Shown here: piece after piece, positions 26,821 through 35,272 of the stretch | Position numbering within the stretch: position 1 is the stretch's first letter | How the letters are laid out: the number at the start of each line of letters is the position of its first letter | NCBI GenBank assembly: GCA_005772855.1 | Contig: SXIK01000008.1 | Location: forward strand, 11,344 to 75,343 | Origin: Planctomycetia bacterium | GTDB lineage: Bacteria > Planctomycetota > UBA8108 > SXIK01 | DNA length: 64,000 nt | Direction of reading: 5' to 3' | The notes under the pieces: model-generated | Databases searched by the model: none | Told to the model about the DNA's origin: nothing | Seen by the model: only the letters and a program-made list of their open reading frames with translations | Program-made: the position numbers and the translations under genes

Positions 26821-28127
26821 GCGAGAAACGCTTCGTGCTCGTTCGAGGCGGCCGCCTTGTTGACCCCGCCACCGGGCGCGATGGGACGGGCGACCTCCTG
26901 ATTGAGGGGACCCGTATTCGTGCCCTCGGGCATTTCGAGCTGCCTTCCGCCGAGGACACCTTGGTGGTGGAGGCCAGTGGGCTGATTGTTACCCCGGGTC
27001 TCATCGACATGCATGTTCATCTTCGCGAGCCGGGCAACGAGGAGGAGGAAACGATCTGGAGTGGATCCAGGGCGGCGATCGCCGGAGGCGTCACGAGCGT
27101 GGCGTGCTTTCCCAACACTGAACCTGCCCTTGACAATGAAGCCGCAGCCGAGTTCGTCGTGCTTCAGGGTAAACGAGCCAATCTTGCAAACGTCTTTCCG
27201 GTGGGAGCGGTGACGCTCGGCCGGGAAGGGGTGCGGCTTGCGGAAATGGGTGGCCTGGCGAGAGCGGGCGCTGTGGCCTTCAGCGACGCGGACCGATGCT
27301 TGCGGTCTGCGGAGGTCATGAGGCGTGGCCTGCTCTACGCGAGGCTGTTCGACCTTCCTGTCATCGCCCACTGCGAGGACATGGACCTGCGCGGATCAGG
27401 AGTGATGAATTACGGGCGCGTTGCGCTGAACCTTGGGCTCCCGGGCATTCCCGATGTCGCCGAGGATATTGTGATTGCCCGCGATCTCTTGCTCGCCGAG
27501 ATAACCATGGCCACGCTTCACATCGGGCACATGAGCACCCGGGGAGCGGTCGATCTCTTGCGGGAGGCCAAGGCGAAGAAACTCGAGGTCACGGGTGAGG
27601 TTAACCCACCCCACTTTGCGCTCACGGAGGAGAGCCTCGTCACGTACGACCCCAATTTTAAATTGGTCCCGCCGCTGCGTGCTGCGGTTGATGCCGAGGC
27701 GTTGATCAGGGGCCTGCGGGACGGCGTGATCGACGTGATCTCGTCCGGACATGCGCCGCATTCGACAGAGGAAAAGGAGCTGGAGTTCGTTTACGCGCCA
27801 CCGGGCGTGGTGGGGCTTGAGACTCTTTTTCCCGTCTGCTACACGGTGCTCGTGGAGCGGCATGGCTTTTCGCTCCTGAAGCTACTCGAGAAGCTCACCA
27901 TGAACCCCGCTCGCATCCTGCGCCTGTCGAAACAGCGTGGGAGCCTCGCACCTGGCATGCTCGCGGACGTGAGCGTCTTCGACATTTCGAAAGAGCGCGT
28001 TGTGCGGTCCTCCGAGTTTCGCTCGAAGAGCCGCAACACGTGTTTCGAGGGCTGGCGCGTCAAGGGCACGACCGTGCATGTCTTCGTTTCGGGCCGTTGT
28101 GTGTTCCAGGATGGTGAATTCTGCTGA
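26817..28127 (+). CDS. pyrC: Dihydroorotase-family protein, probably a catalytically inactive PyrC'
   Basis: [17 protein letters not shown] and H..HMST are retained. FxDDG reads FSDAD, KxNPPLR reads KLVPPLR and TDHAPH reads SGHAPH. Confidence 0.88.
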   Translation: MSEKRFVLVRGGRLVDPATGRDGTGDLLIEGTRIRALGHFELPSAEDTLVVEASGLIVTPGLIDMHVHLREPGNEEEETIWSGSRAAIAGGVTSVACFPNTEPALDNEAAAEFVVLQGKRANLANVFPVGAVTLGREGVRLAEMGGLARAGAVAFSDADRCLRSAEVMRRGLLYARLFDLPVIAHCEDMDLRGSGVMNYGRVALNLGLPGIPDVAEDIVIARDLLLAEITMATLHIGHMSTRGAVDLLREAKAKKLEVTGEVNPPHFALTEESLVTYDPNFKLVPPLRAAVDAEALIRGLRDGVIDVISSGHAPHSTEEKELEFVYAPPGVVGLETLFPVCYTVLVERHGFSLLKLLEKLTMNPARILRLSKQRGSLAPGMLADVSVFDISKERVVRSSEFRSKSRNTCFEGWRVKGTTVHVFVSGRCVFQDGEFC

Positions 28128-28139
28128 ACTGGAGTGTTT

Positions 28140-28161
28140 GCGGGCGATCAGGATCGCCCGC
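28140..28161 (+). other. 9-bp GC hairpin between pyrC and the kinase gene, without a U tract
   Basis: GCGGGCGAT-CAGG-ATCGCCCGC, directly followed by GGGGAGG. Confidence 0.5.
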
Positions 28162-28239
28162 GGGGAGGCGATGCGTCAGCCATTTCAGCACACCGCGCAG
28201 CTCAATCACCAGTGACCCGACGATGTTATACTCCAACGT

Positions 28240-29130
28240 ATGCTAGAAGCAGTCGAAGGGACAGAGACCGAAGAGTGTCTCCGCAGTGAGATTGCACGGT
28301 TGAAGCGCGTTTTGATTGAACGCACCGAGGCGCTACTCGTCGCCCGAAAGGAACTGGGGGTCCTTGAACAGATGAAGCGGGACTTTATCGCGCTCGTCTC
28401 GCACGAGTTGCGTACCCCCCTCACGAGCGTTATCGGGATCTCCGACCTGATTCAGCAGGGCTTGTACGATTCCGGTGAAGATTTGCGGCAAATGTCCGCG
28501 AACCTTTCGATCGAGGCGAAGCGCCTGGGTCACTTTGTCGACGACGTCATCGAGTTCGTTCAGTGGAGTTCCGGCCTTGTCTCCTTGAAGATCCAACAAT
28601 TTGACCTTGTTGCCTGCGTCAAGGAATCCGCCCACAAAGCTGCTTCGCAACATGCTGAAAAGGGGCTTGAGCTTGTTCTCAAGACGGCAGAGGAGCTTTG
28701 GATCGAGGGTGATGCGAGCTTGATTGCGGACTGCTTTCTCAGGATTCTCGACAACTCCTGCAAGTTCTCCCCTGCCGGGGGAAAAGTAGAAGTTTGTGTC
28801 GAGTGGGTCTCCTGCCCCGGATTCGAGGCTGAAGGCCGAGCCGTGGTCCTTGTGAGGGATCACGGCGCAGGAATTCAATCCGAAAATCTCCACGACCTTT
28901 GCAAGGTGTTCACGCTCTGCCACTCCTGCCAGAACCATGTGCGGGGAAAGGGGCTGGGACTCGCGATTTGTTGGGAGATCCTGAAGGCCCACGCCGGGAC
29001 GATCCGGGTCGAAAGCCCTGTGGAGGAGAAGGGTTGCGGAGTGATTGTCACCCTGCCGCTGTCTCCGCGGGGGCCTCAGCCAGGCGACCAGGGTGATACC
29101 GTCATTTCTCGGGTGTCTACCCGCGTCTGA
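28240..29130 (+). CDS. Orphan sensor-less histidine kinase (coiled coil, HisKA, HATPase_c)
   Basis: FIALVSHELRTPLTSV (H box), ILDNSCKFS (N box), VRDHGAGI (G1), GKGLGLAI (G2). Confidence 0.88.
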   Translation: MLEAVEGTETEECLRSEIARLKRVLIERTEALLVARKELGVLEQMKRDFIALVSHELRTPLTSVIGISDLIQQGLYDSGEDLRQMSANLSIEAKRLGHFVDDVIEFVQWSSGLVSLKIQQFDLVACVKESAHKAASQHAEKGLELVLKTAEELWIEGDASLIADCFLRILDNSCKFSPAGGKVEVCVEWVSCPGFEAEGRAVVLVRDHGAGIQSENLHDLCKVFTLCHSCQNHVRGKGLGLAICWEILKAHAGTIRVESPVEEKGCGVIVTLPLSPRGPQPGDQGDTVISRVSTRV

Positions 29131-29283
29131 ATAGACTGCCGAACGCTCCGTACAATCAGATGAGCGTTTGACCATCTACTTGGGTCTTGCTCTTCCGTGA
29201 TTTTGCGCAAGACTTGTTGCAAGAGCTTCTTCGGGGATGTCAGCCCGAAGAAACCCCGGAGACTCCATCGGCTTGGGGGTGCC

Positions 29284-31656
29284 ATGAGAATACACAGTTT
29301 TATTTTGGCGGCGATTCTTGTTACCTGCGGCATCTTGGGCTCAGCAACCCTCGAAGCCCAGTCTCGGGGCCGAATCTCCTCCGGCGGGGGCTCCGGGAGT
29401 AGGAGTGGCGGCGGGTCACGATCGTTCTCCGCGCCTTCAAGTGGCGGCACGCGATCCTTCTCGGCTCCCTCGCGTGCATCGCGAAGCTTTTCCGCCCCAT
29501 CGATCGGCAGTCCGAGATCCTCTTCGGCCCCCTCGGGCCCTTCACGACTCTCCGGCCGCACTCCTGGCGCTCCGCCGGTGTCTCGCGGTGCTCCACGGAA
29601 TTTTCAAGGAAGCAGCGATCGTGGAGCTTCTGCCTCAAGCACTCGATCCTTTTCGGCCCCCCGGATGACCCCCCGATTACCCTCAGGCTCGGGCTCAAGT
29701 CCGACTTTCCGTTCGGGTCAGTCACCGACGGTCTTAACTTTACCTCGCGCAACGTCACAGATGGGTTCCTCCCAGCGTGCGTCGCGCCCCTTGAATCCGA
29801 GGAGTACTCGGGGCCCAAAGGCAGGTGCAAGCTCGACGAGCGACCAGGGCCAGAGCGTGCGACGAATGACTCCTTCCACTGGAAGTTTCTCCTCTGGAAG
29901 GCCTGCAACTCTCCAGGATCGCAGGCCGAATGCCCCTTCAGTCATGGGCGCTGGGGAAGCGCGGTCTGGATCGATCTTACGATACAACTCACCTTCCCTC
30001 GGCACGACTGAAGGGGTGAAGTCAACGGCGCCCTGGCGCTCCGATGGATCCCGCCGGATGATCACACCCACTGGAATACAGACAGCGGGCGGGTCTTCCA
30101 TTCTTCGTGCCGGCGGGTCGGGAGACGGCGCAAGCCCTGTCCGTGGCGTCCTCCGGCCTCGCATGGGCTCCGCCAATGGCATCTCAGGGTCATCATCGGA
30201 GGGCATGTCCTACCTCAGCCAGCGGGCGGGTGCTTCGAGAGGCGCCTTGACCCCATCGGGTGGTTTGACCCCTCGGCTTCATGCTCGATCGGGGCTGCAG
30301 GAGGCCGGGACTTTTTCCCGGAGTACCCACTCAAGCGCCTCTGCGATTCGCGGTGATGCTGCTGCTTTCTCGGTTCGACCTTCGCGGGGCAGCGTGGCCT
30401 CTGCCGCGAGGTTCTCGGCGAATGTGCCCGACCTTCGCTCGGCCAGTGTCGTCCATTCTGACCGCTTTCGTGTGCGCGATGTCTCGCGCTTTCACAGCTA
30501 CCGTGGCTATCCCTACTACAGGCCTTCTTTTTATGGCCATGCTTATCCTTTCGGGTTCAGCTTTGGAATGAGTTTTGGTTACCCGTACTACGCTGGCTTC
30601 CACAACTTCTGGGCGCCTTATAACTCGGTGTATGTAGCCTTTCCCTTTGTCGGCTATTACTACTCGTATCCATACCCCTACCTCTCCATCTATTCGCACT
30701 ACGATTGCGATTTTTACGACGGCTACTACGTCCGATTCGGTCGCTGGCGTACCAGCTACTATGCCTCCTGCTCCGGCTATGGCTGTCATGAGTGGAACCA
30801 CCACCACAGCCACGTTCACGCGTGTTCGGTCCATGGCTCGCACCACTACCATGTTCGAGACTGCTCGCTCTGCTATCCCGAAGGAGATAGTCATGTCCGC
30901 GACGATCTCCAGGTTCCGGACATTGCTGCAGAAGCTGTGTCGGCACCGGCGTCTCCGCCGCAAGCCGAGGCTGCACCGTCTGTGCTTCTGCCGGCCGAGG
31001 CTGTGGAGCCAGAACCGCGCCCAGTAAGTCGCCAGGAGGCCTTCTTCGCGAGCCTCAAACCGGCACAGCTCAGTTTTGCTCTTGGGCTCGTGCAGTTCCG
31101 CAATGGCGGTTATGGGGAGGCCTCTGAGTCATTTTACAACGCGTCTATCGAGGATCCCGAGTCCAAGCTCGTGAAGGTCTTCCTCGGAGTGAGCCTCTTC
31201 GCGGTGGGTGAGTATCAGTTTGCCGCGGAGTACCTGCGGCTTGGACTTGAGGAGTGGCCGACTTTCCCGACGTATCGATGGAGTGTTCAGGGTCTCTACG
31301 GCAGCTCCTCCGATCTGGGCTCCCAGCTTGCGCTCCTTGAGGAAGAAACCCGGCGAAATCCGGGCGATGTCGACGCGGCCTTGGTGTTGGCCTTCCTCGG
31401 AATGTCAGGAGCTCCGGCCCCGTCCATTGCGGTGGGCGAGTCCGTGGACAGGGTTCGCCTGCTCTCGGAAGATCCAGTCGACCAGATTTTGGTCGATCGC
31501 TACGTCGCCGAGATCGAGGCGCGTAGTGGCCTGTTCCCTGCGGCCACGGAATCCAACAACGACCTCGCCATGGCCGCCTCCGTCGAGGATCCCACCATGA
31601 CGGTCTTCCTCCAAAGCCTTGAGCTGGGATACGTTCCCGCGCTGCCAATTCGATAG
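29284..31656 (+). CDS. Secreted low-complexity protein: Ser/Gly/Arg-rich repeats, Tyr-rich segment, His/Cys cluster, C-terminal TPRs
   Basis: Signal peptide MRIHSFILAAILVTCGILGSATLEA-Q; RS(F/S)SAP x5; TPR-like LGLVQFRNGGYGEASESFYNASIEDPE and LGVSLFAVGEYQFAAEYLRLGLEEWP. Confidence 0.8.
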   Translation: MRIHSFILAAILVTCGILGSATLEAQSRGRISSGGGSGSRSGGGSRSFSAPSSGGTRSFSAPSRASRSFSAPSIGSPRSSSAPSGPSRLSGRTPGAPPVSRGAPRNFQGSSDRGASASSTRSFSAPRMTPRLPSGSGSSPTFRSGQSPTVLTLPRATSQMGSSQRASRPLNPRSTRGPKAGASSTSDQGQSVRRMTPSTGSFSSGRPATLQDRRPNAPSVMGAGEARSGSILRYNSPSLGTTEGVKSTAPWRSDGSRRMITPTGIQTAGGSSILRAGGSGDGASPVRGVLRPRMGSANGISGSSSEGMSYLSQRAGASRGALTPSGGLTPRLHARSGLQEAGTFSRSTHSSASAIRGDAAAFSVRPSRGSVASAARFSANVPDLRSASVVHSDRFRVRDVSRFHSYRGYPYYRPSFYGHAYPFGFSFGMSFGYPYYAGFHNFWAPYNSVYVAFPFVGYYYSYPYPYLSIYSHYDCDFYDGYYVRFGRWRTSYYASCSGYGCHEWNHHHSHVHACSVHGSHHYHVRDCSLCYPEGDSHVRDDLQVPDIAAEAVSAPASPPQAEAAPSVLLPAEAVEPEPRPVSRQEAFFASLKPAQLSFALGLVQFRNGGYGEASESFYNASIEDPESKLVKVFLGVSLFAVGEYQFAAEYLRLGLEEWPTFPTYRWSVQGLYGSSSDLGSQLALLEEETRRNPGDVDAALVLAFLGMSGAPAPSIAVGESVDRVRLLSEDPVDQILVDRYVAEIEARSGLFPAATESNNDLAMAASVEDPTMTVFLQSLELGYVPALPIR

Positions 31657-31723
31657 CTGTGCGAGTGGAAGCTCAAGCGCATCGGTCGTCCTGTTTCCTT
31701 CGGACCGATTCTGTGGTAAGACC

Positions 31724-33523
31724 ATGCGCTCTGCGCAGAGAGACGCCTGCGCCGAAGGAGCTGGAGGGATGGAGATCGGTCCGAATGAAGGCCCCAGAGT
31801 GAAGAGCCGGCAGGCGTGGAAACGCTACGTGGTCTTCGCTTTCCTCTGCGTGGGGGCGCTGGGAGGCGCCTGGTTTTTTCTGTCCCCCCGTTCCATACCT
31901 TCGGGCTCCATGCTAGTCCTGGACCTGACAGCGCCGACGGAAGAGCGTAGCGGGGAAGGGCTCTCGCAATTGCTTGCGGGCGCCGAGATAGACGTCGTCG
32001 ATCTGTGGCGATGTCTTCGCTCAGCAGCGAGCGACCCCAGGGTCGAAGGACTTCTCCTCCGTATTTACCCCGGAGCCGTGCAGTTGGGTCTAGTCGATGA
32101 GCTGCGTGGACTTGTCACTCAGTTTCGATCGAGCGGGAAAGTCACCATCGCCCAACTGAATGCGCCAGACACCCCTGGCTATTTTCTTGCGACCGCGGCC
32201 GAGGAGGTCCTGCTCGACAGGAGCACCACGCTCGACACCGTGGGTGTGAGAATGAACGCCTACTTCCTCAAGGATGCTCTTGGCGCCATGGGAGTTGAAG
32301 CTGACCTTGTGCGCGTCGGCAGCTTCAAGGGAGCCTTCGAGGAGCTATCGCGGTCGGTGCCGAGTCCGGAGTTTGAGGTTTCCATGAATGCCCTGGTCGA
32401 CTCCCTCTTCGAGTCGATCCTGGAGCCTATTGCTTCCGCGCGAAGGATCAACGTCAATGCAGTGCGAGCGGCCTTTGATCGATCGCCCCTCGGGCCCGAT
32501 GAGGCTCAGGCAGAAAAACTCATCGATGGGGTGATCTCTACCCATGAAGTGCGGCGGCGGATCGAGGAGAAGGCAGGGAAGCCGCTTCACTGGATCAGTG
32601 TCGCGGAGTATCGGTCGACCCTGAGTGCCGGACCCGGGGCCAGGCGCCTCGCCCTCGTGCACGTACTGGGCACATTGATCGAGGGCGAGTCGCGGGAATT
32701 GCCCTGGATCGGCTTCTCCACCGGCGCCGACACGGTCGTTCGATCGCTCAATGCGGCTCTGGAGGATCCAGGGATCGTCGGAATATTGCTCAGAATTGAC
32801 AGCCCGGGAGGCGTGGTGTCCGCCGCCGAAAAGGTGCAACTTGCGGTGGAATCTGCGCGCAAGTTGAAGCCGGTCGTGGCCAGCTGTGGCCGGGTCGCGG
32901 CCTCGGGAGGCTACTATGCAGCCTGCAGCGCAGAACGGATCCTGGCGCATCCAACGACGTTGACGGGCTCAATTGGCATTTTTGGAGGCAAGATCGTTCT
33001 CGGTGATCTGCTTGCACGCCTCAAGGTCGAGGCTCGCACCTACTCGCGCGGCGAACATGCCACGATGAACGACTTTACCCGCAAGTACACTGCGGAGGAG
33101 CGGCTGGCGCTGAAGTCCATGCTGGAGAACTCCTATCGCAAGTTTGTCAGCAAGGTGGCCCTGGGTCGCAAGAAGAGCTTTGAGGCGATCGACGCCGTTG
33201 CGCAGGGCCGAGTCTGGACAGGCCGCGCAGCTCTGGCCGCTGGGCTTGTCGATCGGCTGGGAGGGTTTTTCGAGGCCGTCGATGCTCTCGTGGAGTTTGC
33301 TAACCTGGATCTTGGGGAGGCCATCGAGTTGGAGTTGTTTCCCGCGCAAAAAACGATTTGGGAAGCTCTTTCTGGACTCAAGAGGCCTGCCACGGGCGTC
33401 GGGCAAAGCTTGGAGGTTCAAAGTTTCGAGTTTTTGCAGAACCTGAGTTCGTTCCAGCAGGCTGGTCTTCTGGACGGTATCTCGGCGCTGTCCTGGATGC
33501 CATTTTCACTTGAGACAAGATAG
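31724..33523 (+). CDS. sppA: Signal peptide peptidase SppA, long two-domain type
   Basis: N-terminal TM, GYFLATAA, VGSFKGAFE (Lys), LRIDSPGG, AASGGYYAA (Ser), TLTGSIGI, VAQGRVWTG. Confidence 0.93.
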   Translation: MRSAQRDACAEGAGGMEIGPNEGPRVKSRQAWKRYVVFAFLCVGALGGAWFFLSPRSIPSGSMLVLDLTAPTEERSGEGLSQLLAGAEIDVVDLWRCLRSAASDPRVEGLLLRIYPGAVQLGLVDELRGLVTQFRSSGKVTIAQLNAPDTPGYFLATAAEEVLLDRSTTLDTVGVRMNAYFLKDALGAMGVEADLVRVGSFKGAFEELSRSVPSPEFEVSMNALVDSLFESILEPIASARRINVNAVRAAFDRSPLGPDEAQAEKLIDGVISTHEVRRRIEEKAGKPLHWISVAEYRSTLSAGPGARRLALVHVLGTLIEGESRELPWIGFSTGADTVVRSLNAALEDPGIVGILLRIDSPGGVVSAAEKVQLAVESARKLKPVVASCGRVAASGGYYAACSAERILAHPTTLTGSIGIFGGKIVLGDLLARLKVEARTYSRGEHATMNDFTRKYTAEERLALKSMLENSYRKFVSKVALGRKKSFEAIDAVAQGRVWTGRAALAAGLVDRLGGFFEAVDALVEFANLDLGEAIELELFPAQKTIWEALSGLKRPATGVGQSLEVQSFEFLQNLSSFQQAGLLDGISALSWMPFSLETR

Positions 33524-33526
33524 GCG

Positions 33527-35260
33527 ATGATCAGGGTCTTGAGTTTCTCAGTTGCGCTTTCCTTGACTGCCCACTGGCTCGTTGGTTGCTCCGGCCCCCA
33601 GCTATTCGTGGACGCCGCTCGTGAGGGCGATCTCGAGTTCATAAGCTACTCGGGAGACCATCTTTGGTATTTGATCGATACGCTTGGATCGGGTCTTGCG
33701 GCAGGGGACTATGACGGCGATGGAGATCCTGATCTCTTTCTCTGCACGGGGCACGCCATCCTTGACAGCTACCAGGAAGAGGCGAACGAGTACACGAACG
33801 CGTTGTGGCGGAACGACGGCAACGGGCGATTCACCGACGTCACCGACGTCGCGGGGCTGAAGGCTTCGGGCTGGTCGAATGGCGCTGTTTTTGCCGACTA
33901 CGACGGAGATGGCGACCTGGACATCTTCGTTGCTCGCCACGGCCCAAACTGGCTCTACCGCAATGAGGGAAACGGTGCATTTACGGAGGTTGGGAAAGCG
34001 GCCGGGGTTGACCATCCGGGTTGGGGTGCCGGAGCGTGCTTTGCTGACTTTGACGGGGATCAGGACCTCGACCTGTACGTCACCAACTACGCACACTTTG
34101 ACATCGCAGAGCAGAAGGGCACCGTCGACTGGTTTGACAAGGGAGTGAAACAATTCCCTCAATACTTTGAGCCCGAGGACAACGTCCTTTACCGAAATAA
34201 CGGTGACGGGACGTTCACGGACGTCACGGTGGAGGCGGGTGCTCAAGGGACGGGGCGTTCACTCGCCTGTATTGCGGGGGATTTCGACGACGACGGGGAC
34301 CTCGACATCTTCGTCGCCAATGACGTTGGCTTCAACAACCTGCTCAAGAATGAGGGCGGCAAGTTTACGGACGTCGCCTTCGAGGCCGGGGTTGCTGGCA
34401 ATGCCAACGGGGAGTTCGAAGCTTCCATGGGGGCGGCGGCCGGTGACTACGACGGAGATGGTGACATCGATCTGATCGTCACGAACTACGCCGGTGAGCA
34501 AAATACACTCTATCGTAACGAAGGCGGTGGCATCTTCACCGATGGCACTGCTTCGGCCGGTTTGCGGAATCAGCGCATCTTTGATTGCGTCGGTTGGGGG
34601 GTTGGGTTGTACGACTTGGACCTTGATGGGCACTTGGATCTTCTTGTCGTCAATGGACACGTGCTTTCAAATTGGGTGCTCTGGTACATGCGTAACTTTT
34701 TCACCAGTGGGAAGGAGGACATCCCCCAGATGGGTCCCCAGGCCTTCAACCTGGGAAGCGAGCAGCCCAAGTTGCTCTTTCTTGGGAATGGTGACGGAAA
34801 CTTCGAGGACATCACTGACAGGGCCGGCAGCATGATCCACGGTGAGCGTCAGGGAAGGGGGGCCGCGTTTGCTGACTTCGACGGCGATGGGCGCATCGAC
34901 GTTGCCGTCTCCAACAAGAATGCTCCGGCGCAATTGCTTCTGAACCGTATGCCCACAAGAGGGAATTGGACCATCCTCAAACTTCGTGCCCCGCCGCCCA
35001 ACGTTTTTGCCGTCGGAGCGCGAGTCGTGATCTCGGCCGGGGGACGGACCTTTACGCGAGAGATTTATGCAGGTACAAGCTACCTCTCCGGAGATGACTT
35101 CGACGTCCACTGCGGCCTGGGTGGCGCTCAGGCCATCGGGAGTGTGACGGTGCATTGGCCTGGAGGACTTGTCGAGACATTTCGAGATTTCCTGATCAAC
35201 AGGCAGTACCTCCTGCGGAGGGGCCAGTCGGCCCAGCTGTTGCCGTCGGCAAGGTCGTGA
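33527..35260 (+). CDS. CRTAC1-family lipoprotein (FG-GAP/VCBS repeats plus ASPIC/UnbV)
   Basis: Lipobox LVGC; about seven D[YF]DGDGDxD repeats with LYRNxG; C-terminal AVGARV..GTSYLSG..VHCGLG. Confidence 0.9.
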   Translation: MIRVLSFSVALSLTAHWLVGCSGPQLFVDAAREGDLEFISYSGDHLWYLIDTLGSGLAAGDYDGDGDPDLFLCTGHAILDSYQEEANEYTNALWRNDGNGRFTDVTDVAGLKASGWSNGAVFADYDGDGDLDIFVARHGPNWLYRNEGNGAFTEVGKAAGVDHPGWGAGACFADFDGDQDLDLYVTNYAHFDIAEQKGTVDWFDKGVKQFPQYFEPEDNVLYRNNGDGTFTDVTVEAGAQGTGRSLACIAGDFDDDGDLDIFVANDVGFNNLLKNEGGKFTDVAFEAGVAGNANGEFEASMGAAAGDYDGDGDIDLIVTNYAGEQNTLYRNEGGGIFTDGTASAGLRNQRIFDCVGWGVGLYDLDLDGHLDLLVVNGHVLSNWVLWYMRNFFTSGKEDIPQMGPQAFNLGSEQPKLLFLGNGDGNFEDITDRAGSMIHGERQGRGAAFADFDGDGRIDVAVSNKNAPAQLLLNRMPTRGNWTILKLRAPPPNVFAVGARVVISAGGRTFTREIYAGTSYLSGDDFDVHCGLGGAQAIGSVTVHWPGGLVETFRDFLINRQYLLRRGQSAQLLPSARS

Positions 35261-35272
35261 CCGCTCAGGACT

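Noticed and set aside
28213-28260. Selenocysteine readthrough of the TGA before the kinase
   Set aside because: No convincing SECIS stem follows the TGA and the context is not a redox motif. It is kept only as an unexplained in-frame stop.
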